Assembly: GCA_937891125.1 (NCBI GenBank)
Contig: CALAEZ010000009.1
Location: forward strand, 42,607-106,606
Length of the DNA stretch: 64,000 bases
Origin: an uncultured Treponema sp.
GTDB lineage: Bacteria > Spirochaetota > Spirochaetia > Treponematales > Treponemataceae
Direction of reading: 5' to 3'
Part shown: piece after piece, positions 56,762-64,000 of the stretch
Layout of the letters: every line of letters starts with the position of its first letter
How positions within the stretch are numbered: the first letter of the stretch is position 1
The notes under the pieces: model-generated
Seen by the model: only the letters and a program-made list of their open reading frames with translations
The model's database searches: none
Told to the model about the DNA's origin: nothing
Position numbers and translations under genes: made by a program

Positions 56762-57606
56762 TGTTCGCTCCCACGGCAACGGCTGTAATATCCGCACCAC
56801 GTTTCGTTGCAGCACCAGCTGTCAAGGCTGCACGGCATGAATATACCGCTCGTGATCAGCCGTGCCGCGCTCTCTATCAAGTTTTCCAGATGATCAGCCT
56901 GGCTGCCGTCAAAGACATGATGCAGCAAGCGCAGGTTGCTGCTTATGTCCAGCACGCCATCAGCGCATGGTTTTGCAGGCAGCTTTTTGCTTACCTTGAC
57001 ATCCTTAATCATGTTGTGAATCTCGATGTCGCCAATGCCAGTAGCCATGCTGTACAAATTGAACTGCAGGCTGTTGCGGAGCTTGTCGATCGTCCATTTG
57101 CGCCCCGTTATCTTGTAGTCGCAGATGCCTTCCCCGACAACACCGTCGTCAAGACGATTAACAGAAGGCAGCTCTCGGCGCAAGTCCAAATATGCAAGGA
57201 TGTCCACGCCGCATGCTGCAGTGTAGCGCACCTCCTCTTCTACTGCCAGCGGAACGATGTCCTTGGCAACTGTGTCCACATATACCTCGGCAAGTCCTGT
57301 AAGGTCGTGGATTGCGGTCTCGCGTTCTTCGCCGCTTACTGTGTTCTCTCCTTCGCCAAGCACCTCGTCAAGGCTGGCCACGGCAAGCTCTGCAGCTTGC
57401 TTTCCCGTAAGGCGCTGGCTGCTCGTCATGGCGTCACGGTAGTACGTTTCCAGCGTGCGGTGCATGGCGCTGCCAGTCACCAAGGCCGCTCCTGGGGGTA
57501 TGACAAGCCCCTGCACATAGCGGAACTCAAACTGCTTAGGGCAGGTGAGCAGCATGTTCAGGCTGCTTGCTGACAGGTATCCGCGCGGTAGTTCGTATTT
57601 TGGCAT
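56683..57606 (-). CDS. PD-(D/E)XK nuclease
   Basis: LSASSL...CPKQF, GSAMHRTLE, AYLDL, CDYKIT, LQFNLY, C-terminal Cys cluster. Confidence 0.8.
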   Translation of the reverse strand: MPKYELPRGYLSASSLNMLLTCPKQFEFRYVQGLVIPPGAALVTGSAMHRTLETYYRDAMTSSQRLTGKQAAELAVASLDEVLGEGENTVSGEERETAIHDLTGLAEVYVDTVAKDIVPLAVEEEVRYTAACGVDILAYLDLRRELPSVNRLDDGVVGEGICDYKITGRKWTIDKLRNSLQFNLYSMATGIGDIEIHNMIKDVKVSKKLPAKPCADGVLDISSNLRLLHHVFDGSQADHLENLIESAARLITSGIFMPCSLDSWCCNETWCGYYSRCRGSEQCNVRYVDMRSAAESSLTARQHAATA

Positions 57607-57848
57607 CAGTCCGCCCTCCCTACATTTATTCCAGCCTTGATGGCGTCTTCCACATCAAGGGCTTCTATTTTACCAAGATCGCCATGCTCTGCTTTTCGTG
57701 AGTGCGCCAGCGATATGTTGAATCTATCAGGATCGTACTCGTTCTGTGCAGCATCCAATGCGCGCTCCTCAGCCTCTTCCTTAGTTGGCGCACATACCAA
57801 GTACTCCCTGTAAAAAGTCCCTTCGATTTCAACTACGTAACTAGGCAT
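57606..57848 (-). CDS. small protein (DpnD/PcfM-like)
   Basis: YVVEIEGTFYREYLVCAPTKEEAEERA; GGAGGTG RBS. Confidence 0.6.
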   Translation of the reverse strand: MPSYVVEIEGTFYREYLVCAPTKEEAEERALDAAQNEYDPDRFNISLAHSRKAEHGDLGKIEALDVEDAIKAGINVGRAD

Positions 57849-57887
57849 TATTCACCTCCCCTGACAAACAGCATCGTTGCCTCCTGT

Positions 57888-57950
57888 AAAAGAAAAGGGC
57901 GCTGCCGTTGCGCAACGCCCCAATATTGTGTGTTAGTTGATTAATGTTCA
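57888..57950 (-). repeat. 63-bp dispersed repeat copy 1 (includes terminator)
   Basis: AAAGGGCGCTGCCGTTGCGCAACGCCCCAATATTGTGTGTTAGTTGATTAATGTTCA, near-identical at 59053 and diverged at 61526. Confidence 0.85.
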
Positions 57951-58550
57951 GTCGCTCATTATGCGAATGATATCTTCAGCATCCTGTCTGTCCGTAATAA
58001 AAGAAAAATGACCCGCATCACGCTGGTCATACAGTACCTCATACCACTGATCCAGCATATTTCTGCCGGTTACGGAAGTATTTTGCTTAGCCTGGAACTT
58101 GATGATCGCTGATGAGTATCTGGATTCCGGTGCTAGAAGTGAAAATCCCGGAGCTCGGCTGGCCCTTGCAACCTGATCTTCTGTCACTATAAAAGTACTG
58201 CTGCTTCCATCGCCCCAGAATACATTCCATGAATACTGCCCCGTGTGTACTACATCCATGATACTGCTGGCTTCGAGCACGTCTGTCTGCCCAAGCCCAA
58301 CGTAAACAGGCTTGGAACTATGCCTGGCCAGGCGTTTCAGTGTGCTTTCCCTGAAGCACACCGCTCCGTTCTGAAAAACAAAAGCATGCCGTTTGGAGTC
58401 ATAATGCAAATCGTGGACAGATGTTTCTCCGCACCTGCGCATAAAGTTCCCGGACAGCCCAACACGCAATGCGTGGCGAAGCATCCCTTCAACTGTGAAA
58501 AAGTACGGCGGCTCAACGCGTACGGTTATTCTTTTCTTTTCGCGGGTCAT
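57948..58550 (-). CDS. hypothetical protein
   Basis: 200 aa from ATG 58550 (GAGG RBS); stop lies inside the repeat. Confidence 0.65.
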   Translation of the reverse strand: MTREKKRITVRVEPPYFFTVEGMLRHALRVGLSGNFMRRCGETSVHDLHYDSKRHAFVFQNGAVCFRESTLKRLARHSSKPVYVGLGQTDVLEASSIMDVVHTGQYSWNVFWGDGSSSTFIVTEDQVARASRAPGFSLLAPESRYSSAIIKFQAKQNTSVTGRNMLDQWYEVLYDQRDAGHFSFITDRQDAEDIIRIMSD

Positions 58551-58962
58551 GGTAGATACCTCTGTAGAATAGCTCTTGCGCGTTGAATAGATTTTTAGGC
58601 TTCTTGAAAAACCCGATAATGTTCTTGGCATGTTCATCATCAATTGGCTGGAGTGCATCCTCGTCAAATTCCTCATCCTCAAACCTGTAAACAACAGAAT
58701 TTTCGTGCGATGGCATTTGACCTGCAGGAGTAATATGCGCATGCGGATAATTATGCTTCCCGCCATTCTCATAATACACAGAGACTTTCCATTCCTTTTT
58801 ATCTTTTTTGCGGCTGCCTGACTGCACCTTTCCAATTTCATTTGCAGTCTTCTCAAGTCCAGCATAAGGGTCAAAGCCATCCATGGCCTCTGATCCTTCC
58901 TCCATTTCTTCCGCGATTTTTTCCAAAGCGCTAAGTACTTCTTGCAATGTTGGTTTACTCAT
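58513..58962 (-). CDS. DUF4160-like His-motif protein
   Basis: VYYENGGKHNYPHAHI motif; 149 aa. Confidence 0.5.
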   Translation of the reverse strand: MSKPTLQEVLSALEKIAEEMEEGSEAMDGFDPYAGLEKTANEIGKVQSGSRKKDKKEWKVSVYYENGGKHNYPHAHITPAGQMPSHENSVVYRFEDEEFDEDALQPIDDEHAKNIIGFFKKPKNLFNAQELFYRGIYHDPRKEKNNRTR

Positions 58963-59052
58963 AAAAATCCCCCCATCAACTTGAGCTCTGCGGTTTCAGT
59001 AAGGTAGGTTTTGCTCAGATAATGTCAATGGGCCCGTTTTAGAATTCGTATT

Positions 59053-59113
59053 AAGGAAAGGGCGCTGCCGTTGCGCAGCGCCCTAATATTGTGTGTCAGT
59101 TGATTAATGTTCA
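59053..59113 (-). repeat. 63-bp dispersed repeat copy 2
   Basis: Only a few mismatches to copy 1. Confidence 0.85.
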
Positions 59114-59118
59114 TCCGC

Positions 59119-61131
59119 TTATACCATGAAATACGGCTCAAACGGAATATCCTCAGGGATAAACTGGGCTATGGTTTCAGCGGCAAAAACGTGCACGAAC
59201 AATGCCAGCAGGCATAGCTCCTGCGTCTTATACTTCTCAGGCACGAACTCAAAGAAATCACCGTTTGAATTGTCATCAAGCACAGCTGCACGGCACACTT
59301 CCTCTGTCTTCAAAATTTCCGGCAGGTAGGCAATGGAATACCCGCAGGCGGATACGCCGCGCAATACCATCTTTTCATCCCAGAGCGATGTCGGCACATA
59401 GTCTGTCCATACGAGAGCATGCGTGCGCTTTATCGCCTCGTAGCACAGCTCATATGTTCGTAATGCTTTTGGGACGTACGCTAAGCAGTCTCCGTGCTGG
59501 CTTACTGCCTCAAGGCACATTTCGTACGTCCGCATATGCTTTGGCACATAATACAGGAGGCGTCCGTCTCCCTTCACAGCTTCACAACAAATCCCCTTTG
59601 TTTTAAGATGCTCAGGAAAGCAGGCCAGGAGCTTCGGATTCCTCTTTATGGCGCTGAGCGCCATAAAGTCAGGCATGTATCCGATGACCCAGCGGTTATC
59701 CCAGCTCGTCAGCACATCAAAAACAGCGTCTGACACATCAGTAAGGCGTCCCGCTATTTCCGGATGCTCCCTGAAAACATCACGGAACTCGAGCATTGTC
59801 TTAGGCTGCCTGTAAAATGCCGCCGGCTCTTTTATGCGGTACGGACTGAACGGTTCATCCATCGGCATGGTATCCGCACGCAGGTCAAATGAACTTGAGC
59901 ACAGCGCAGTATTGAACAGCACTGTCCTTGTCCACGCTTTTTCTGGAATCCATTCCGTTGCGGCGCAATCCAGCGAGGCAGTTTCATACATCTCGCCGTC
60001 AAGATAGCCCTCAGGCACGTATTTTAGGTTGACAGCCGTTTTTTCGACGTAGGAAAGGCATGTCTCCCTTGTGCGATCCTCTTCGGGCACGGAGGAAAGG
60101 GACTCGACGGACAAGTGCTGCGGAATATATGCCACATCTCCCGCAGGATCATCGAGACGGCTGCGCATTTCCAAAGGTAAAGCTGCGTACAGCCTAGCTT
60201 CAAACTGCTTCAGCTTCTCCCAGAAAACAGCCGTGCGTTTTTCAGGAGGAAGAAAACGAAGGGACTCAGGGTGCTCCAAAAGCGATCGCACAGCCTGCTT
60301 CTCGGCTAAGCCTTCAACGCGCCACAACACCGTGGGATCATCAGACAAGAGGCGGTTGAACTCCATCATAGTGCGCGGCTGCCTTGGGTGATTGCCGCTG
60401 CTTGATAGTGGCCACGTAAATGCCATGTCTCTTGATATGTCAACATCGCATGTTCCGTTGATTATCGAGATCAGGTACATGTCTGCCGTGCGCATGCCTT
60501 CTGGAACGTCTGACAGCTTGAAGTTGCAAGTACACTTTGCTGCCGCAAGGTACGTGCGCTCCGTCTTCATGCTTTCAGGAAGCGCTAAAAAGTCATAGGC
60601 GTTGTTGCTTTTTTCCAGGTTGTCAAGAACTATGCCCTCCGTGAGCTCCCCTGCAGGAACCTCCGAAAGGTCTATGCGATCCTCCCTGCAAGCAAGCGCT
60701 GCCATATCCGCGTCTGCAAATTCTTGCGGGATGTCACGCAAATCAACGTCCCATGCCTGCACTGCCGTGCTGCATATGTCTCGATTAAGTAAATGCTTCG
60801 GGATGCGGATAAAGAATTCACGCCCAAGGTCTTCCGGAAAATTGCGTATCATCCTGATATAAAACGCATCGTCCTTTATGCAGTCAGGAACAAAGTCCAG
60901 GTTTGCTCCGGAACACCGGACTGCCGCCACGCAGACGCGAAGCGTCCTGTTTTCTTCCGGGATCAATTCCAGTGGCACGTAGTGCTCAGCAGCAGATAAG
61001 CATACATGCTCCGCAAGCCCGTGCAGCCTGCCCAAAAGACTGCGGTCTTGCGCAACTGCCTGAGCAAACCCGCGCAGCGTCCTATACTGTATAGTCTGAT
61101 CTGCAGGCGGCGATATTGTCTGTCCGCTCAT
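59119..61131 (-). CDS. DUF4116-type repeat protein
   Basis: Many P..(L/M)(K/R)T.E.C..AV......L.YVP repeats over 670 aa. Confidence 0.8.
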   Translation of the reverse strand: MSGQTISPPADQTIQYRTLRGFAQAVAQDRSLLGRLHGLAEHVCLSAAEHYVPLELIPEENRTLRVCVAAVRCSGANLDFVPDCIKDDAFYIRMIRNFPEDLGREFFIRIPKHLLNRDICSTAVQAWDVDLRDIPQEFADADMAALACREDRIDLSEVPAGELTEGIVLDNLEKSNNAYDFLALPESMKTERTYLAAAKCTCNFKLSDVPEGMRTADMYLISIINGTCDVDISRDMAFTWPLSSSGNHPRQPRTMMEFNRLLSDDPTVLWRVEGLAEKQAVRSLLEHPESLRFLPPEKRTAVFWEKLKQFEARLYAALPLEMRSRLDDPAGDVAYIPQHLSVESLSSVPEEDRTRETCLSYVEKTAVNLKYVPEGYLDGEMYETASLDCAATEWIPEKAWTRTVLFNTALCSSSFDLRADTMPMDEPFSPYRIKEPAAFYRQPKTMLEFRDVFREHPEIAGRLTDVSDAVFDVLTSWDNRWVIGYMPDFMALSAIKRNPKLLACFPEHLKTKGICCEAVKGDGRLLYYVPKHMRTYEMCLEAVSQHGDCLAYVPKALRTYELCYEAIKRTHALVWTDYVPTSLWDEKMVLRGVSACGYSIAYLPEILKTEEVCRAAVLDDNSNGDFFEFVPEKYKTQELCLLALFVHVFAAETIAQFIPEDIPFEPYFMV

Positions 61132-61438
61132 AGTAAAAATCCTCGAGAACTTTCTTGTTGTGCTTGCAAAAAGCCCTTACGTGTAGCTTGAGCTTGCGAT
61201 CAGCAGGTTCCTTACCCTTGTACTTATCCTCTGCCGGAATGTAGTCGTATGGTCCGCCTGCCGCATGAACATGCACATGGACATGCCCATGTCCACCAGC
61301 GCGCACTTCCCTTTTTATGTTGAGATAAACATCCTGGAAAGGCCTGTTCAACCAGGCAGAATTAGCGTCCTTTTCAATCTCTGCCTCCTTGAACAACGCT
61401 TCGTATAGTGTAGGCGTGTTCCTTACTTCTCTCTCCAT
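61082..61438 (-). CDS. His-motif small protein (DUF4160-like)
   Basis: GHGHVHVHVH; N-terminus PTLYEAL resembles PTLQEVL of 58513..58962; GGAG RBS. Confidence 0.5.
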   Translation of the reverse strand: MEREVRNTPTLYEALFKEAEIEKDANSAWLNRPFQDVYLNIKREVRAGGHGHVHVHVHAAGGPYDYIPAEDKYKGKEPADRKLKLHVRAFCKHNKKVLEDFYYERTDNIAACRSDYTV

Positions 61439-61482
61439 ATAATACTCCGCTGCGTTTCACTCCTGCTCATATCACCGTCCAT

Positions 61483-61525
61483 AAAACTGTAGTGGCAGCG
61501 CCAGAAAATATCAAGCGCTGCCTTT
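61483..61525. repeat. 43-bp hairpin repeat copy 1
   Basis: AAAACTGTAGTGGCAGCGCCAGAAAATATCAAGCGCTGCCTTT; one mismatch to 62383-62425. Confidence 0.85.
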
Positions 61526-61588
61526 AAAAGAAAAGGGCGATGCTGTTGCACAACGCCCTAATATTATGTGTTGCGCGGTTAATGCTCA
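61526..61588 (-). repeat. 63-bp dispersed repeat copy 3 (diverged)
   Basis: AAAAGAAAAGGGCGATGCTGTTGCACAACGCCCTAATATTATGTG...TTAATGCTCA. Confidence 0.8.
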
Positions 61589-62299
61589 GCTTTTTAGACC
61601 TGCAATTACCTCACTTGAGTGCATAAAGTTGAACGCTTCACGTTCATGCCATCCGTCAGAAAATTCTTCGCCGTCTTCACCTCCGCCAAGATAAATACCG
61701 CCGTGTTCAACACGCAGCCCTTCGCCCGTTTCTAACGCATGTTTTGCGCCCGGGTACACTTCGTCCAGCCATGCGGCATACTTTTCTGAGAAAGTGCATT
61801 CCCCGTAAAACCTATCTGCAAACAAGTAAGCCAGGCAGTTTTTTCTAACCATGCAAAGCTCTACCACCCATAGCGGGGAAAAAGGAACTCTGCCATATTC
61901 CGTAAAAATAACACCACAGCCTTTGCATGCCCCGCCACGAATAACGTACCCAAGTTCCCTAAGCGTGTACTTTTTTCCAAAAAACAAAGCTTCTGTATGG
62001 CTTTTCTGCACCACGTCCCCAGCTTCCGGCAGAATGCCAAAAGTGTTCAGAAGATACTTTGTGTTGAATATGACATAGAACGTCCTGCGCGTCGTTTTTA
62101 CCTTGTAAAAGTACCCGCCCACATGCCTGATGGATAGTATCCTTTCTGTGATTACTCTTGGTATCCCATAAGGCTTTTTATCTACGGCACAGCCTGCATG
62201 CAGGTCACCGCTATGCACAAAGAATGGATACAGCGGATTAGCATTGCTGCGCTTAGCCGTCCGCATGTAGGTCAGCAAGTCGCTGTTTGAAAGTTGCAT
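61586..62299 (-). CDS. hypothetical protein
   Basis: 237 aa, GAGGTG RBS; stop lies inside repeat copy 3. Confidence 0.65.
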   Translation of the reverse strand: MQLSNSDLLTYMRTAKRSNANPLYPFFVHSGDLHAGCAVDKKPYGIPRVITERILSIRHVGGYFYKVKTTRRTFYVIFNTKYLLNTFGILPEAGDVVQKSHTEALFFGKKYTLRELGYVIRGGACKGCGVIFTEYGRVPFSPLWVVELCMVRKNCLAYLFADRFYGECTFSEKYAAWLDEVYPGAKHALETGEGLRVEHGGIYLGGGEDGEEFSDGWHEREAFNFMHSSEVIAGLKS

Positions 62300-62382
62300 A
62301 AGTCACCTCAACTTCGCTCCAGCCTTCAGCTTGTCTGGGTCGTTGTATCTTTCTATGAGCTCTTTTACATTTCGTTTTGCAA

Positions 62383-62425
62383 AAAACTGTAGCGGCAGCG
62401 CCAGAAAATATCAAGCGCTGCCTTT
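62383..62425. repeat. 43-bp hairpin repeat copy 2
   Basis: Matches 61483-61525. Confidence 0.85.
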
Positions 62426-62477
62426 TCACAAGCCCTGCGGCGTTTCACTCCTGCTTATAACACCATGTACTTGGATA

Positions 62478-62936
62478 TCAGTCTCCATCCTTCAAATACG
62501 TAAGCCGCATTCCAGAAGCCCTGATGATATCTCCAGTAAACTCATCCGGGTATCCCTCAACAACGTAAATTGCATGAATGCCAACATTGTGCAGCATCTT
62601 GGCGCAGGTGACGCAAGGCATGGTGGTGCAGTACAGCTCAGCGCCTTCCAAGCTTATTCCGTGCTTTGCCGCCTGCACGATAACGTTTTGCTCTGCGTGC
62701 ACGGCGCGGCATATCTCCTGCCGCTGGCCCGACGGAATATTGAGCTGCTGACGCAGGCATCCTGCCGTATCGCAATGCTCAGTGCCGACCGGAGCACCGT
62801 TATACCCCGTTGCCAGTATTCTGCGGTCCTTCACGGCAACAGCCCCAACTTTGCGGCGCAGGCATGTGCTGCGCTGCGCCACAAGATAGGCTATGTCCAT
62901 GAAGTAACGATGCCATGAACTGCGCGAGTCGCTCAT
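62478..62936 (-). CDS. dCMP deaminase
   Basis: [26 protein letters not shown]. Confidence 0.92.
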   Translation of the reverse strand: MSDSRSSWHRYFMDIAYLVAQRSTCLRRKVGAVAVKDRRILATGYNGAPVGTEHCDTAGCLRQQLNIPSGQRQEICRAVHAEQNVIVQAAKHGISLEGAELYCTTMPCVTCAKMLHNVGIHAIYVVEGYPDEFTGDIIRASGMRLTYLKDGD

Positions 62937-62978
62937 ATTAGCCTCCAAATTTGCAAAATAGCATGCGTAGCCATGCCA

Positions 62979-64000
62979 TCACCTTTCTATGCCAGCATAG
63001 TCTTCAAACGTTGTGCCTATGAGCGGTATGCGCAGCATCAGCCGCGTTTCCGCCATGGCAATTTCCATGGCATGCGGGCATTCCTTTGTATAATGCCCGA
63101 CGTTCTTGCAAAGCAGCCTCTGCTTGCAAGACAGGCATTCCATGTCTGTCTGCATGAAGTTCTTGACATCCTCCTTGTGCTCAAGCATTTCGAGCATTGT
63201 TTCTTCGACAGAACCATCGCAAACATAATCATGCACGATTACGCTGTTTTTCTGCCCTATGCGGTAATTGCGGTCCATGCTCTGCAGGCGCGCCTCAAGA
63301 TCCGGCCCGTGCGAGTAATAAATGGTGACGCTTGCAGCGTTGAGCGTTATGCCTATTCCTTGCCGCGTCTGGCCGAGGAACACGCGTATCTTGCTGTCGG
63401 CATTGAATCGCGTGTCGCACTCAGGCTCTCCTGCCATGACAAACCCGATCTTCTTGCGCTTGAGCAGCGCTGCTATGGCCGCGAGATCGTATCGGTACCA
63501 CGCCCATACGATGACCTTTTGCTTTTCGTCATCAAGCAGGTCGTCCAGATCCTCCTCAAGCAGCTTGAGCTTGCCATTGCCAAGGGAAATGACGCGGTAT
63601 TCCTTTTGCTTAACGGCGTTGCTGTTCCTGCATCTTAACGTCCCTGGGTTGATGTCATTGCACAGGCAGTATGGTATATGCGGGCAATCGCCGCACACGG
63701 CAGTGCAGTTGCACTGCGTCTTTACAAATCCTGACAGCACCTGCATGCACTTGGTCAGCTTTTGCACCATGAGTTCACTGGCAATTCCCTCGCCATTACC
63801 TGTGCTTATCCAGTCCTCTACGGCTATGGCGTTGTAATATTCCTGCTGCTCATCAGACACCTCGTAGTACCTTTTGACGAATACGCGCTCAGGCATGTCA
63901 ATGCAGTCGCTGCGCACCATGGTAAGCATGTGCGGATCAACGAACATCTTGAGCTTTTCCAGGTTCTTATACCCATCAACTATGTGTTTTTTCGCGTCGC
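62979..64000 (-). CDS. SNF2-like helicase, C-terminal part (5' end outside window)
   Basis: KVIVWAWY, GIGITLNAA, QSMDRNYRIGQ. Confidence 0.85.
   Translation of the reverse strand, partial: DAKKHIVDGYKNLEKLKMFVDPHMLTMVRSDCIDMPERVFVKRYYEVSDEQQEYYNAIAVEDWISTGNGEGIASELMVQKLTKCMQVLSGFVKTQCNCTAVCGDCPHIPYCLCNDINPGTLRCRNSNAVKQKEYRVISLGNGKLKLLEEDLDDLLDDEKQKVIVWAWYRYDLAAIAALLKRKKIGFVMAGEPECDTRFNADSKIRVFLGQTRQGIGITLNAASVTIYYSHGPDLEARLQSMDRNYRIGQKNSVIVHDYVCDGSVEETMLEMLEHKEDVKNFMQTDMECLSCKQRLLCKNVGHYTKECPHAMEIAMAETRLMLRIPLIGTTFEDYAGIER

Noticed and set aside
53122..57606. CRISPR-Cas (cas4-like genes)
   Set aside because: No repeat-spacer array or other cas genes; stand-alone PD-(D/E)XK nucleases are common in phage replication modules
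58551..58880. Extended start of ORF 57948..58880
   Set aside because: Overlaps the better-supported 58513..58962 gene; ATG 58550 has its own RBS
57888..61588. 63-bp repeats as CRISPR array or IS ends
   Set aside because: Copies are 1.2-2.5 kb apart in direct orientation, contain terminators, and no transposase is present
1..64000. tRNA/rRNA genes, integrase, major capsid, portal, stand-alone endolysin, stop-codon recoding
   Set aside because: None recognised by eye; genes read intact in the standard code and end in all three stop codons. tRNAscan/Infernal were not run.

Overview
This window is part of a large contractile-tailed (myovirus/jumbo-like) dsDNA phage genome. 1-30.1 kb (+) is a virion module: neck, sheath, tube, spike, PAAR tip, frameshifted tail chaperones, tape measure, baseplate, fibres, a holin-like gene and a phage sigma factor. 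30.2-64 kb is mostly (-) early/replication genes: RuvC-like resolvase, many small ORFs, MYG1, UDG-PolA, primase-helicase, two PD-(D/E)XK nucleases, HU, dCMP deaminase and a partial SNF2 helicase. Three (+) islands interrupt it: probable head proteins, TerL and a second sigma factor. The best candidate for an undescribed system is a (-) unit at about 31.27-33.38 kb. It has a phage promoter, an unknown 210-aa gene, a translationally coupled retron-like reverse transcriptase with a YCDN catalytic motif, and a structured ~200-nt non-coding trailer. Other signals are a type I toxin-antitoxin-like locus (39.2-39.6 kb), repeat-bounded gene cassettes (57.9-62.5 kb), two promoter motifs alongside two sigma factors, an Hfq/Sm-like protein and a LapA-type adhesin domain inside baseplate J. 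All calls come from reading motifs and gene order by eye; no database searches or folding programs were run.
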